From Owenia fusiformis (taxonomy: Eukaryota), in NCBI GenBank assembly GCA_903813345.2, contig CAIIXF020000001.1:25482001-25546000 (forward strand): a stretch of DNA of 64,000 nt, in the 5' to 3' direction. Positions within the stretch are counted from its first letter, which is position 1. Every line of letters starts with the position of its first letter. A program made the translations under genes and the position numbers. Shown piece by piece: positions 15,001-30,000 of this stretch. The notes under the pieces are model-generated. The model searched no databases and had not been told where the DNA came from. It saw nothing but the letters and a program-made list of their open reading frames with translations.

Positions 15001-18000
15001 CTGTAGTTGTGTCAGTAACTGCTGTTGTAACATCAGCCGTTGTTGCATCAGCAACTGTTGTTGTAACATCAGCCGTTGTTGCATCAGCAACTGTTGTTGT
15101 AGCATCAGCTGTAGTTGTGTCAGCCACTGTACTTGTAGCATCAGCTGCTGTAGTATCCGCCGTAGTTGCGTCAGCCACTGTAGTTGTGTCAGCAACTGCT
15201 GTTATAACATCAGCCGTTGTTGCATCAGCAACTGTTGTTGTAGCATCAGCTGCAGTTGTGTCAGCCACTGTAGTTGTAGCATCAGCTGCTGTTGTATCTG
15301 CCGTAGTTGCGTCAGCCACTGTAGTTGTGTCAGCAACTGCTGTTGTAACATCAGCCGTTGTTGCATCAGCAACTGTTGTTGTAGCATCAGCTGCAGTTGT
15401 GTCAGCCACTGTAGTTGTAGCATCAGCTGCTGTAGTATCTGCCGTAGTTGCGTCAGCCACTGTAGTTGTGTCAGCAACTGCTGTTGTAATATCAGCCGTT
15501 GTTGCATCAGCAACTGTTGTTGTAGCATCAGCTGCAGTTGTGTCAGCCACTGTAGTTGTAGCATCAGCTGCTGTAGTATCTGCCGTAGTTGCATCAGCCA
15601 CTGTAGTTGTGTCAGCTACTGTTGTTGTAATATCAGCCGTTGTTGCATCAGCAACTGTTGTTGTAGCATCAGCTGTAGTTGTGTCAGCCACTGTACTTGT
15701 AGCATCAGCTGCTGTAGTATCTGCCGTAGTTGCGTCAGCCACTGTAGTTGTGTCAGCAACTGCTGTTGTAACATCAGACGTTGTTGCATCAGCAACTGTT
15801 GTTGTAGCATCAGCTGCAGTTGTGTCAGCCACTGTAGTTGTAGCATCAGCTGCTGTAGTATCTGCCGTAGTTGCGTCAGCCACTGTAGTTGTGTCAGCTA
15901 CTGTTGTTGTAACATCAACCGTTGTAACATCAGCAACTGTTGTTGTAGCATCAGCTGTAGTTGTGTCAGCCACTGTATTTGTAGCATCAGCTGCTGTAGT
16001 ATCTGCCGTAGTTGCATCAGCCACTGTAGTTGTGTCAGCAACTGCTGTTGTAACATCAGCCGTTGTTGCATCAGCAACTGTTGTTGTAGCATCAGCTGCA
16101 GTTGTGTCAGCCACTGTAGTTGTAGCATCAGCTGCTGTAGTATCTTCGGTAGTTGCGTCAGCCACTGTAGTTGTGTCAGCTACTGTTGTTGTAACATCAG
16201 CCGTTGTTGCATCAGCAACTGTTGTTGTAGCATCAGCTGCAGTTGTGTCAGCCACTGAAGTTGTAGCATCAGCTGCTGTAGTATCTGCCGTAGTTGCGTC
16301 AGCCACTGTAGTTGTGTCAGCAACTGCTGTTGTAACATCAGCCGTTGTTGCATCAGCAACTGTTGTTGTAGCATCAGCTGCAGTTGTGTCAGCCACTGTA
16401 GTTGTAGCATCAGCTGCTGTAGTATCTGCCGTAGTTGCGTCAGCCACTGTAGTTGTGTCAGCAACTGCTGTTGTAACATCAGCCGTTGTTGCATCAGCAA
16501 CTGTTGTAGCATCAGCTGCAGTTGTGTCAGCCACTGTAGTTGTAGCATCAGCTGCTGTAGTATCTGCCGTAGTTGCGTCAGCCACTGTAGTTGTGTCAGC
16601 AACTGCTGTTGTAACATCAGCCGTTGTTGCATCAGCAACTGTTGTTGTAGCATCAGCTGCAGTTGTGTCAGCCACTGTAGTTGTAGCATCAGCTGCTGTA
16701 GTATCTGCAGTAGTTGCGTCAGCCACTGTAGTTGTGTCAGCTACTGTTGTTGTAACATCAGCCGTTGTTGCATCAGCAACTGTTGTTGTAGCATCAGCTG
16801 TAGTTGTGTCAGTCACTGTACTTGTAGCATCAGCTGCAGTTGTGTCAGCCACTGTAGTTGTAGCATCAGCTGCTGTAGTATCTGCCGTAGTTGCGTCAGC
16901 CACTGTAGTTGTGTCAGCTACTGTTGTTGTAACATCAGCCGTTGTTGCATCAGCAACTGTTGTTGTAGCATCAGCTGCAGTTGTGTCAGCCACTGTAGTT
17001 GTGTCAGCTACTGTTGTTGTAACATCAGCCGTTGTTGCATCAGCAACTGTTGTTGTAGCATCAGCTGCAGTTGTGTCAGCCACTGTAGTTGTAGCATCAG
17101 CTGCTGTAGTATCTGCCGTAGTTGCGTCAGCCACTGTAGTTGTGTCAGCTACTGTTGTTGTAACGTCAGCCGTTGTTGCACCTGCAACTGTTGTTGTAGC
17201 ATCAGCTGTAGTTGTGTCAGCCACTGTACTTGTAGCATCAGCTGCTGTAGTATCTGCCGTAGTTGCGTCAGCCACTGTAGTTGTGTCAGCAACTGCTGTT
17301 GTAACATCAGCCGTTGTTGCATCAGCAACTGTTGTTATAGCATCAGCTGCAGTTGTGTCAACCACTGTAGTTGTAGCATCAGCTGCTGTAGTATCTGCCG
17401 TAGTTGGGTCAGCCACTGTAGTTGTGTCAGCTACTGCTGTTGTAACATCAGCCGTTGTTGCATCAGCAACTGTTGTTGTAGCATCAGCTGCAGTTGTGTC
17501 AGCCACTGTAGTTGTAGCATCAGCTGCTGTAGTATCTGCCGTAGTTGCGTCAGCCACTGTAGTTGTGTCAGCAACTGCTGTTGTAACATCAGCCGTTGTT
17601 GCATCAGCAACTGTTGTTGTAGCATCAGCTGCAGTTGTGTCAGCCACTGTAGTTGTAGCATCAGCTGCTGTAGTATCTGCCGTAGTTGCGTCAGCCACTG
17701 TAGTTGTGTCAGCTACTGTTGTTGTAACATCAGCCGTTGTTGCATCAGCAACTGTTGTTTTAGCATCAGCTGTAGTTGTGTCAGCCACTGTACTTGTAGC
17801 ATCAGCTGCTGTAGTATCTGCCGTAGTTGCGTCAGCCACTGTAGTTGTGTCAGTAACTGCTGTTGTAACATCAGCCGTTGTTGCATCAGCAACTGTTGTT
17901 GTAACACCAGCCGTTGTTGCATCAGCAACTGTTGTTGTGGCATCAGCTGTAGTTGTGTCAGCCACTGTACTTGTAGCATCAGCTGCTGTAGTATCTGCCG

Positions 18001-21000
18001 TAGTTGCGTCAGCCACTGTAGTTGTGTCAGCAACTGCTGTTGTAACATCAGCCGTTGTTGCATCAGCAACTGTTGTTGTAGCATCAGCTGCAGTTGTGTC
18101 AACCACTGTAGTTGTAGCATCAGCTGCTGTAGTATCTGCCGTAGTTGGGTCAGCCACTGTAGTTGTGTCAGCTACTGCTGTTGTAACATCAGCCGTTGTT
18201 GCATCAGCAACTGTTGTTGTAGCATCAGCTGCAGTTGTGTCAGCCACTGTAGTTGTAGCATCAGCTGCTGTAGTATCTGCCGTAGTTGCGTCAGCCACTG
18301 TAGTTGTGTCAGCAACTGCTGTTGTAACATCAGCCGTTGTTGCATCAGCAACTGTTGTTGTAGCATCAGCTGCAGTTGTGTCAGCCACTGTAGTTGTAGC
18401 ATCAGCTGCTGTAGTATCTGCCGTAGTTGCGTCAGCCACTGTAGTTGTGCCAGCTACTGTTGTTGTAACATCAGCCGTTGTTGCATCAGCAACTGTTGTT
18501 TTAGCATCAGCTGTAGTTGTGTCAGCCACTGTATTTGTAGCATCAGCTGCTGTAGTATCTGCCGTAGTTGCGTCAGCCACTGTAGTTGTGTCAGTAACTG
18601 CTGTTGTAACATCAGCCGTTGTTGCATCAGCAACTGTTGTTGTAACATCAGCCGTTGTTGCATCAGCAACTGTTGTTGTAGCATCAGCTGTAGTTGTGTC
18701 AGCCACTGTACTTGTAGCATCAGCTGCTGTAGTATCTGCCGTAGTTGCGTCAGCCACTGTAGTTGTGTCAGCTACTGTTGTTGTAATATCAGCCGTTGTT
18801 GCATCAGCAACTGTTGTTGTAGCATCAGCTGCAGTTGTGTCAGCCACTGTAGTTGTAGCATCAGCTGCTGTAGTATCTGCCGTAGTTGCGTCAGCCACTG
18901 TAGTTGTGTCAGCTACTGTTGTTGTAATATCAGCCGTTGTTGCATCAGCAACTGTTGTTGTAGCATCAGCTGCAGTTGTGTCAGCCACTGTAGTTGTAGC
19001 TTCAGCTGCTGTAGTATCTGCCGTAGTTGCGTCAGCCACTGCAGTTGTGTCAGCTACTGTTGTTGTAACATCAGTCGTTGTTGCATCAGCAACTGTTGTT
19101 GTAGCATCAGCTGCAGTTGTGTCAGCCACTGTAGTTGTAGCATCAGCTGCTGTAGTATCTGCCGTAGTTGCGTCAGCCACTGTAGTTGTGTCAGCTACTG
19201 TTGTTGTAATATCAGCCGTTGTTGCATCAGCAACTGTTGTTGTAGCATCAGCTGCAGTTGTGTCAGCCACTGTAGTTGTAGCTTCAGCTGCTGTAGTATC
19301 TGCCGTAGTTGCGTCAGCCACTGCAGTTGTGTCAGCTACTGTTGTTGTAACATCAGTCGTTGTTGCATCAGCAACTGTTGTTGTAGCATCAGCTGCAGTT
19401 GTGTCAGCCACTGTAGTTGTAGCATCAGCTGCTGTAGTATCTGCCGTAGTTGCGTCAGCCACTGTAGTTGTGTCAGCAACTGCTGTTGTAACATCAGCCG
19501 TTGTTGCATGAGCAACTGTTGTTGTAGCATCAGCTGCAGTTGTGTCAGCCACTGTAGTTGTAGCATCAGCTGCTGTAGTATCTGCCGTAGTTGCGTCAGC
19601 CACTGTAGTTGTGTCAGCAACTGCTGTTGTAACATCAGCCGTTGTTGCATCAGCAGCTGTTGTTGTAGCATCAGCTGCAGTTGTGTCAGCCACTGTAGTT
19701 GTAGCATCAGCTGCTGTAGTATCTGCCGTAGTTGCGTCAGCCACTGTAGTTGTGTCAGCTACTGTTGTTGTAACATCAGCCGTTGTTGCATCAGCAACTG
19801 TTGTTTTAGCATCAGCTGTAGTTGTGTCAGCCACTGTACTTGTAGCATCAGCTGCTGTAGTATCTGCCGTAGTTGCGTCAGCCACTGTAGTTGTGTCAGT
19901 AACTGCTGTTGTAACATCAGCCGTTGTTGCATCAGCAACTGTTGTTGTAGCATCAGCTGTAGTTGTGTCAGCCACTGCTGTTGTAACATCAGCTGCATCA
20001 GCTGCTGTAGTATCTGCCGTAGTTGCGTCAGCCACTGTAGTTGTGTCAGTAACTGCTGTTGTAACATCAGCCGTTGTTGCATCAGCAACTGTTGTTGTAA
20101 CATCAGCCGTTGTTGCATCAGCAACTGTTGTTGTAGCATCAGCTGTAGTTGTGTCAGCCACTGTACTTGTAGCATCAGCTGCTGTAGTATCTGCCGTAGT
20201 TGCGTCAGCCACTGTAGTTGTGTCAGCAACTGCTGTTGTAACATCAGCCGTTGTTGCATCAGCAACTGTTGTTGTAGCATCAGCTGCAGTTGTGTCAGCC
20301 ACTGTAGTTGTAGCATCAGCTGCTGTAGTATCTGCCGTAGTTGCGTCAGCCACTGTAGTTGTGTCAGCTACTGTTGTTGTAATATCAGCCGTTGTTGCAT
20401 CAGCAACTGTTGTTGTAGCATCAGCTGCAGTTGTGTCAGCCACTGTAGTTGTAGCATCAGCTGCTGTAGTATCTGCCGTAGTTGCGTCAGCCACTGTAGT
20501 TGTGTCAGCTACTGTTGTTGTAACGTCAGCCGTTGTTGCACCTGCAACTGTTGTTGTAGCATCAGCTGTAGTTGTGTCAGCCACTGTACTTGTAGCATCA
20601 GCTGCTGTAGTATCTGCCGTAGTTGCGTCAGCCACTGTAGTTGTGTCAGCAACTGCTGTTGTAACATCAGCCGTTGTTGCATCAGCAACTGTTGTTGTAG
20701 CATCAGCTGCAGTTGTGTCAGCCACTGTAGTTGTAGCATCAGCTGCTGTAGTATCTGCCGTAGTTGGGTCAGCCACTGTAGTTGTGTCAGCTACTGTTGT
20801 TGTAACATCAGTCGTTGTTGCATCAGCAACTGTTGTTGTAGCATCAGCTGCAGTTGTGTCAGCCACTGTAGTTGTAGCATCAGCTGCTGTAGTATCTGCC
20901 GTAGTTGCGTCAGCCACTGTAGTTGTGTCAGCAACTGCTGTTGTAACATCAGCCGTTGTTGCATCAGCAACTGTTGTTGTAGCATCAGCTGCAGTTGTGT

Positions 21001-24000
21001 CAGCCACTGTAGTTGTAGCATCAGCTGCTGTAGTATCTGCCGTTGTTGCGTCAGCCACTGTAGTTGTGTCAGCAACTGCTGTTGTAACATCAGCCGTTGT
21101 TGCATCAGCAACTGTTGTTGTAGCATCAGCTGCAGTTGTGTCAGCCACTGTAGTTGTAGCATCAGCTGCTGTAGTATCTGCCGTAGTTGCGTCAGCCACT
21201 GTAGTTGTGTCAGCAACTGCTGTTGTAACATCAGCCGTTGTTGCATCAGCAACTGTTGTTGTAGCATCAGCTGCATTTGTGTCAGCCACTGTAGTTGTAG
21301 CATCAGCTGCTGTAGTATCTGCCGTAGTTGCGTCAGCCACTGTAGTTGTGTCAGCAACTGCTGTTGTAACATCAGCCGTTGTTGCATCAGCAACTGTTGT
21401 TGTAGCATCAGCTGCAGTTGTGTCAGCCACTGTAGTTGTAGCATCAGCTGCTGTAGTATCTGCCGTAGTTGCGTCAGCCACTGTAGTTGTGTCAGCTACT
21501 GTTGTTGTAACATCAGCCGTTGTTGCATCAGCAACTGTTGTTGTAGCATCAGCTGCAGTTGTGTCAGCCACTGTAGTTGTAGCATCAGCTGCTGTAGTAT
21601 CTGCCGTAGTTGCGTCAGCCACTGTAGATGTGTCAGCTACTGTTGTTGTGTCAGCCGTTGTTGCATCAGCAACTGTTGTTGAAGCATCAGCTGCAGTTGC
21701 GTCAGTCACTGTAGTTGTGTCAGCAACTGCTGTTGTAACATCAGCCGTTGTTGCATCAGCAACTGTTGTTGTAGCATCAGCTGCAATTGTGTCAGCCACT
21801 GTAGTTGTAGCATCAGCTGCTGTAGTATCTGCCGTAGTTGCGTCAGTCACTGTAGTTGTGTCAGCAACTGCTGTTGTAACATCAGCCGTTGTTGCATCAG
21901 CAACTGTTGTTGTAACATCAGCTGCAGTTGTGTCAGCCACTGTAGTTGTAGCATCAGCTGCTGTAGTATCTGCCGTAGTTGCGTCAGCCACTGTAGTTGT
22001 GTCAGCAACTGCTGTTGTAACATCAGCCGTTGTTGCATCAGCAACTGTTGTAGCATCAGCTGCAGTTGTGTCAGCCACTGTAGTTGTAGCATCAGCTGCT
22101 GTAGTATCTGCCGTTGTTGCGTCAGCCACTGTAGTTGTGTCAGCAACTGCTGTTGTAACATCAGCCGTTGTTGCATCAGCAACTGTTGTTGTAGCATCAG
22201 CTGCAGTTGTGTCAGCCACTGTAGTTGTAGCATCAGCTGCTGTAGTATCTGCCGTAGTTGCGTCAGCCACTGTAGTTGTGTCAGCTACTGTTGTTGTAAC
22301 GTCAGCCGTTGTTGCACCTGCAACTGTTGTTGTAGCATCAGCTGTAGTTGTGTCAGCCACTGTACTTGTAGCATCAGCTGCTGTAGTATCTGCTGTAGTT
22401 GCGTCAGCCACTGTAGTTGTGTCAGCAACTGCTGTTGTAACATCAGCCGTTGTTGCATCAGCAACTGTTGTTGTAGCATCAGCTGCAGTTGTGTCAGCCA
22501 CTGTAGTTGTAGCATCAGCTGCTGTAGTATCTGCCGTAGTTGGGTCAGCCACTGTAGTTGTGTCAGCTACTGTTGTTGTAACATCAGTCGTTGTTGCATC
22601 AGCAACTGTTGTTGTAGCATCAGCTGCAGTTGTGTCAGCCACTGTAGTTGTAGCATCAGCTGCTGTAGTATCTGCCGTAGTTGCGTCAGCCACTGTAGTT
22701 GTGTCAGCAACTGCTGTTGTAACATCAGCCGTTGTTGCATCAGCAACTGTTGTTGTAGCATCAGCTGCAGTTGTGTCAGCCACTGTAGTTGTAGCATCAG
22801 CTGCTGTAGTATCTGCCGTAGTTGCGTCAGCCACTGTAGTTGTGTCAGCAACTGCTGTTGTAACATCAGCCGTTGTTGCATCAGCAACTGTTGTTGTAGC
22901 ATCAGCTGCAGTTGTGTCAGCCACTGTAGTTGTAGCATCAGCTGCTGTAGTATCTGCCGTAGTTGCGTCAGCCACTGTAGTTGTGTCAGCAACTGCTGTT
23001 GTAACATCAGCCGTTGTTGCATCAGCAACTGTTATTGTAGCATCAGCTGCAGTTGTGTCAGCCACTGTAGTTGTAGCATCAGCTGCTGTAGTATCTGCCG
23101 TAGTTGCGTCAGCCACTGTAGTTGTGTCAGCAACTGCTGTTGTAACATCAGCCGTTGTTGCATCAGCAACTGTTGTTGTAGCATCAGCTGCAGTTGTGTC
23201 AGCCACTGTAGTTGTAGCATCAGCTGCTGTAGTATCTGCCGTAGTTGCGTCAGCCACTGTAGTTGTGTCAGCTATTGTTGTTGTAACATCAGCCGTTGTT
23301 GCATCAGCAACTGTTGTTGTAGCATCAGCTGCAGTTGTGTCAGCCACTGAAGTTGTAGCATCAGCTGCTGTAGTATCTGCCGTAGTTGCGTCAGCCACTG
23401 TAGTTGTGTCAGCAACTGCTGTTGTAACATCAGCCGTTGTTGCATCAGCAACTGTTGTTGTAGCATCAGCTGCAGTTGTGTCAGCCACTGTAGTTGTAGC
23501 ATCAGCTGCTGTAGTATCTGCCGTAGTTGCGCCAGCCACTGTAGTTGTGTCAGCAACTGCTGTTGTAACATCAGCCGTTGTTGCATCAGCAACTGTTGTA
23601 GCATCAGCTGCAGTTGTGTCAGCCACTGTAGTTGTAGCATCAGCTGCTGTAGTATCTGCCGTAGTTGCGTCAGCCACTGTAGTTGTGTCAGCAACTGCTG
23701 TTGTAACATCAGCCGTTGTTGCATCAGCAACTGTTGTTGTAGCATCAGCTGCAGTTGTGTCAGCCACTGTAGTTGTAGCATCAGCTGCTGTAGTATCTGC
23801 CGTAGTTGCGTCAGCCACTGTAGTTGTGTCAGCAACTGCTGTTGTAACATCAGCCGTTGTTGCATCAGCAACTGTTGTTGTAGCATCAGCTGCAGTTGTG
23901 TCAGCCACTGTAGTTGTAGCATCAGCTGCTGTAGTATCTGCCGTAGTTGCGTCAGCCACTGTAGTTGTGTCAGCAACTGCTGTTGTAACATCAGCCGTTG

Positions 24001-27000
24001 TTGCATCAGCAACTGTTGTTGTAGCATCAGCTGCAGTTGTGTCAGCCACTGTAGTTGTAGCATCAGCTGCTGTAGTATCTGCCGTAGTTGCGTCAGCCAC
24101 TGTAGTTGTGTCAGCTACTGTTGTTGTAACATCAGCCGTTGTTGCATCAGCAACTGTTGTTTTAGCATCAGCTGTAGTTGTGTCAGCCACTGTACTTGTA
24201 GCATCAGCTGCTGTAGTATCTGCCGTAGTTGCGTCAGCCACTGTAGTTGTGTCAGTAACTGCTGTTGTAACATCAGCCGTTGTTGCATCAGCAACTGTTG
24301 TTGTAGCATCAGCTGTTGTTGTGTCAGCCACTGCTGTTGTAACATCAGCTGCATCAGCTGCTGTAGTATCTGCCGTAGTTGCGTCAGCCACTGTAGTTGT
24401 GTCAGTAACTGCTGTTGTAACATCAGCCGTTGTTGCATCAGCAACTGTTGTTGTAACATCAGCCGTTGTTGCATCAGCAACTGTTGTTGTAGCATTAGCT
24501 GTAGTTGTGTCAGCCACTGTACTTGTAGCATCAGCTGCTGTAGTATCTGCCGTAGTTGCGTCAGCCACTGTAGTTGTGTCAGCAACTGCTGTTGTAACAT
24601 CAGCCGTTGTTGCATCAGCAACTGTTGTTGTAGCATCAGCTGCAGTTGTGTCAGCCACTGTAGTTGTAGCATCAGCTGCTGTAGTATCTGCCGTAGTTGC
24701 GTCAGCCACTGTAGTTGTGTCAGCTACTGTTGTTGTAACGTCAGCCGTTGTTGCACCTGCAACTGTTGTTGTAGCATCAGCTGTAGTTGTGTCAGCCACT
24801 GTACTTGTAGCATCAGCTGCTGTAGTATCTGCCGTAGTTGCGTCAGCCACTGTAGTTGTGTCAGCAACTGCTGTTGTAACATCAGCCGTTGTTGAATCAG
24901 CAACTGTTGTTGTAGCATCAGCTGCAGTTGTGTCAGCCACTGTAGTTGTAGCATCAGCTGCTGTAGTATCTGCCGTAGTTGGGTCAGCCACTGTAGTTGT
25001 GTCAGCTACTGTTGTTGTAACATCAGTCGTTGTTGCATCAGCAACTGTTGTTGTAGCATCAGCTGCAGTTGTGTCAGCCACTGTAGTTGTAGCATCAGCT
25101 GCTGTAGTATCTGCCGTAGTTGCGTCAGCCACTGTAGTTGTGTCAGCAACTGCTGTTGTAACATCAGCCGTTGTTGCATCAGCAACTGTTGTTGTAGCAT
25201 CAGCTGCAGTTGTGTCAGCCACTGTAGTTGTAGCATCAGCTGCTGTAGTATCTGCCGTAGTTGCGTCAGCCACTGTAGTTGTGTCAGCTACTGTTGTTGT
25301 AACGTCAGCCGTTGTTGCACCTGCAACTGTTGTTGTAGCATCAGCTGTAGTTGTGTCAGCCACTGTACTTGTAGCATCAGCTGCTGTAGTATCTGCCGTA
25401 GTTGCGTCAGCCACTGTAGTTGTGTCAGCAACTGCTGTTGTAACATCAGCCGTTGTTGCATCAGCAACTGTTGTTGTAGCATCAGCTGCAGTTGTGTCAG
25501 CCACTGTAGTTGTAGCATCAGCTGCTGTAGTATCTGCCGTAGTTGGGTCAGCCACTGTAGTTGTGTCAGCTACTGTTGTTGTAACATCAGTCGTTGTTGC
25601 ATCAGCAACTGTTGTTGTAGCATCAGCTGCAGTTGTGTCAGCCACTGTAGTTGTAGCATCAGCTGCTGTAGTATCTGCCGTAGTTGCGTCAGCCACTGTA
25701 GTTGTGTCAGCAACTGCTGTTGTAACATCAGCCGTTGTTGCATCAGCAACTGTTGTTGTAGCATCAGCTGCAGTTGTGTCAGCCACTGTAGTTGTAGCAT
25801 CAGCTGCTGTATTATCTGCCGTTGTTGCGTCAGCCACTGTAGTTGTGTCAGCAACTGCTGTTGTAACATCAGCCGTTGTTGCATCAGCAACTGTTGTTGT
25901 AGCATCAGCTGCAGTTGTGTCAGCCACTGTAGTTGTAGCATCAGCTGCTGTAGTATCTGCCGTAGTTGCGTCAGCCACTGTAGTTGTGTCAGCAACTGCT
26001 GTTGTAACATCAGCCGTTGTTGCATCAGCAACTGTTGTTGTAGCATCAGCTGCATTTGTGTCAGCCACTGTAGTTGTAGCATCAGCTGCTGTAGTATCTG
26101 CCGTAGTTGCGTCAGCCACTGTAGTTGTGTCAGCAACTGCTGTTGTAACATCAGCCGTTGTTGCATCAGCAACTGTTGTTGTAGCATCAGCTGCAGTTGT
26201 GTCAGCCACTGTAGTTGTAGCATCAGCTGCTGTAGTATCTGCCGTAGTTGCGTCAGCCACTGTAGTTGTGTCAGCTACTGTTGTTGTAACATCAGCCGTT
26301 GTTGCATCAGCAACTGTTGTTGTAGCATCAGCTGCAGTTGTGTCAGCCACTGTAGTTGTAGCATCAGCTGCTGTAGTATCTGCCGTAGTTGCGTCAGCCA
26401 CTGTAGATGTGTCAGCTACTGTTGTTGTAACATCAGCCGTTGTTGCATCAGCAACTGTTGTTGAAGCATCAGCTGCAGTTGCGTCAGTCACTGTAGTTGT
26501 GTCAGCAACTGCTGTTGTAACATCAGCCGTTGTTGCATCAGCAACTGTTGTTGTAGCATCAGCTGCAATTGTGTCAGCCACTGTAGTTGTAGCATCAGCT
26601 GCTGTAGTATCTGCCGTAGTTGCGTCAGTCACTGTAGTTGTGTCAGCAACTGCTGTTGTAACATCAGCCGTTGTTGCATCAGCAACTGTTGTTGTAACAT
26701 CAGCTGCAGTTGTGTCAGCCACTGTAGTTGTAGCATCAGCTGCTGTAGTATCTGCCGTAGTTGCGTCAGCCACTGTAGTTGTGTCAGCAACTGCTGTTGT
26801 AACATCAGCCGTTGTTGCATCAGCAACTGTTGTAGCATCAGCTGCAGTTGTGTCAGCCACTGTAGTTGTAGCATCAGCTGCTGTAGTATCTGCCGTTGTT
26901 GCGTCAGCCACTGTAGTTGTGTCAGCAACTGCTGTTGTAACATCAGCCGTTGTTGCATCAGCAACTGTTGTTGTAGCATCAGCTGCAGTTGTGTCAGCCA

Positions 27001-30000
27001 CTGTAGTTGTAGCATCAGCTGCTGTAGTATCTGCCGTAGTTGCGTCAGCCACTGTAGTTGTGTCAGCTACTGTTGTTGTAACGTCAGCCGTTGTTGCACC
27101 TGCAACTGTTGTTGTAGCATCAGCTGTAGTTGTGTCAGCCACTGTACTTGTAGCATCAGCTGCTGTAGTATCTGCTGTAGTTGCGTCAGCCACTGTAGTT
27201 GTGTCAGCAACTGCTGTTGTAACATCAGCCGTTGTTGCATCAGCAACTGTTGTTGTAGCATCAGCTGCAGTTGTGTCAGCCACTGTAGTTGTAGCATCAG
27301 CTGCTGTAGTATCTGCCGTAGTTGGGTCAGCCACTGTAGTTGTGTCAGCTACTGTTGTTGTAACATCAGTCGTTGTTGCATCAGCAACTGTTGTTGTAGC
27401 ATCAGCTGCAGTTGTGTCAGCCACTGTAGTTGTAGCATCAGCTGCTGTAGTATCTGCCGTAGTTGCGTCAGCCACTGTAGTTGTGTCAGCAACTGCTGTT
27501 GTAACATCAGCCGTTGTTGCATCAGCAACTGCTGTTGTAGCATCAGCTGCAGTTGTGTCAGCCACTGTAGTTGTAGCATCAGCTGCTGTAGTATCTGCCG
27601 TAGTTGCGTCAGCCACTGTAGTTGTGTCAGCAACTGCTGTTGTAACATCAGCCGTTGTTGCATCAGCAACTGTTGTTGTAGCATCAGCTGCAGTTGTGTC
27701 AGCCACTGTAGTTGTAGCATCAGCTGCTGTAGTATCTGCCGTAGTTGCGTCAGCCACTGTAGTTGTGTCAGCAACTGCTGTTGTAACATCAGCCGTTGTT
27801 GCATCAGCAACTGTTGTTGTAGCATCAGCTGCAGTTGTGTCAGCCACTGTAGTTGTAGCATCAGCTGCTGTAGTATCTGCCGTAGTTGCGTCAGCCACTG
27901 TAGTTGTGTCAGCAACTGCTGTTGTAACATCAGCCGTTGTTGCATCAGCAACTGTTGTTGTAGCATCAGCTGCAGTTGTGTCAGCCACTGTAGTTGTAGC
28001 ATCAGCTGCTGTAGTATCTGCCGTAGTTGCGTCAGCCACTGTAGTTGTGTCAGCTATTGTTGTTGTAACATCAGCCGTTGTTGCATCAGCAACTGTTGTT
28101 GTAGCATCAGCTGCAGTTGTGTCAGCCACTGAAGTTGTAGCATCAGCTGCTGTAGTATCTGCCGTAGTTGCGTCAGCCACTGTAGTTGTGTCAGCAACTG
28201 CTGTTGTAACATCAGCCGTTGTTGCATCAGCAACTGTTGTTGTAGCATCAGCTGCAGTTGTGTCAGCCACTGTAGTTGTAGCATCAGCTGCTGTAGTATC
28301 TGCCGTAGTTGCGCCAGCCACTGTAGTTGTGTCAGCAACTGCTGTTGTAACATCAGCCGTTGTTGCATCAGCAACTGTTGTAGCATCAGCTGCAGTTGTG
28401 TCAGCCACTGTAGTTGTAGCATCAGCTGCTGTAGTATCTGCCGTAGTTGCGTCAGCCACTGTAGTTGTGTCAGCAACTGCTGTTGTAACATCAGCCGTTG
28501 TTGCATCAGCAACTGTTGTTGTAGCATCAGCTGCAGTTGTGTCAGCAACTGTAGTTGTAGCATCAGCTGCTGTAGTATCTGCCGTAGTTGCGTCAGCCAC
28601 TGTAGTTGTGTCAGCAACTGCTGTTGTAACATCAGCCGTTGTTGCATCAGCAACTGTTGTTGTAGCATCAGCTGCAGTTGTGTCAGCCACTGTAGTTGTA
28701 GCATCAGCTGCTGTAGTATCTGCCGTAGTTGCGTCAGCCACTGTAGTTGTGTCAGCAACTGCTGTTGTAACATCAGCCGTTGTTGCATCAGCAACTGTTG
28801 TTGTAGCATCAGCTGCAGTTGTGTCAGCCACTGTAGTTGTAGCATCAGCTGCTGTAGTATCTGCCGTAGTTGCGTCAGCCACTGTAGTTGTGTCAGCAAC
28901 TGCTGTTGTAACATCAGCCGTTGTTGCATCAGCAACTGTTGTTGTAGCATCAGCTGCAGTTGTGTCAGCCACTGTAGTTGTAGCATCAGCTGCTGTAGTA
29001 TCTGCCGTAGTTGCGTCAGCCACTGTAGTTGTGTCAGCTATTGTTGTTGTAACATCAGCCGTTGTTGCATCAGCAACTGTTGTTGTAGCATCAGCTGCAG
29101 TTGTGTCAGCCACTGAAGTTGTAGCATCAGCTGCTGTAGTATCTGCCGTAGTTGCGTCAGCCACTGTAGTTGTGTCAGCAACTGCTGTTGTAACATCAGC
29201 CGTTGTTGCATCAGCAACTGTTGTTGTAGCATCAGCTGCAGTTGTGTCAGCCACTGTAGTTGTAGCATCAGCTGCTGTAGTATCTGCCGTAGTTGCGCCA
29301 GCCACTGTAGTTGTGTCAGCAACTGCTGTTGTAACATCAGCCGTTGTTGCATCAGCAACTGTTGTAGCATCAGCTGCAGTTGTGTCAGCCACTGTAGTTG
29401 TAGCATCAGCTGCTGTAGTATCTGCCGTAGTTGCGTCAGCCACTGTAGTTGTGTCAGCAACTGCTGTTGTAACATCAGCCGTTGTTGCATCAGCAACTGT
29501 TGTTGTAGCATCAGCTGCAGTTGTGTCAGCCACTGTAGTTGTAGCATCAGCTGCTGTAGTATCTGCCGTAGTTGCGTCAGCCACTGTAGTTGTGTCAGCT
29601 ACTGTTGTTGTAACGTCAGCCGTTGTTGCACCTGCAACTGTTGTTGTAGCATCAGCTGTAGTTGTGTCAGCCACTGTACTTGTAGCATCAGCTGCTGTAG
29701 TATCTGCCGTAGTTGCGTCAGCCACTGTAGTTGTGTCAGCAACTGCTGTTGTAACATCAGCCGTTGTTGCATCAGCAACTGTTGTTGTAGCATCAGCTGC
29801 AGTTGTGTCAGCCACTGTAGTTGTAGCATCAGCTGCTGTAGTATCTGCCGTAGTTGCGTCAGCCACTGTAGTTGTGTCAGCTACTGTTGTTGTAACATCA
29901 GCCGTTGTTGCATCAGCAACTGTTGTTGTAGCATCAGCTGCAGTTGAGTCAGCCACTGTAGTTGTAGCATCAGCTGCTGTAGTATCTGCCGTAGTTGCGT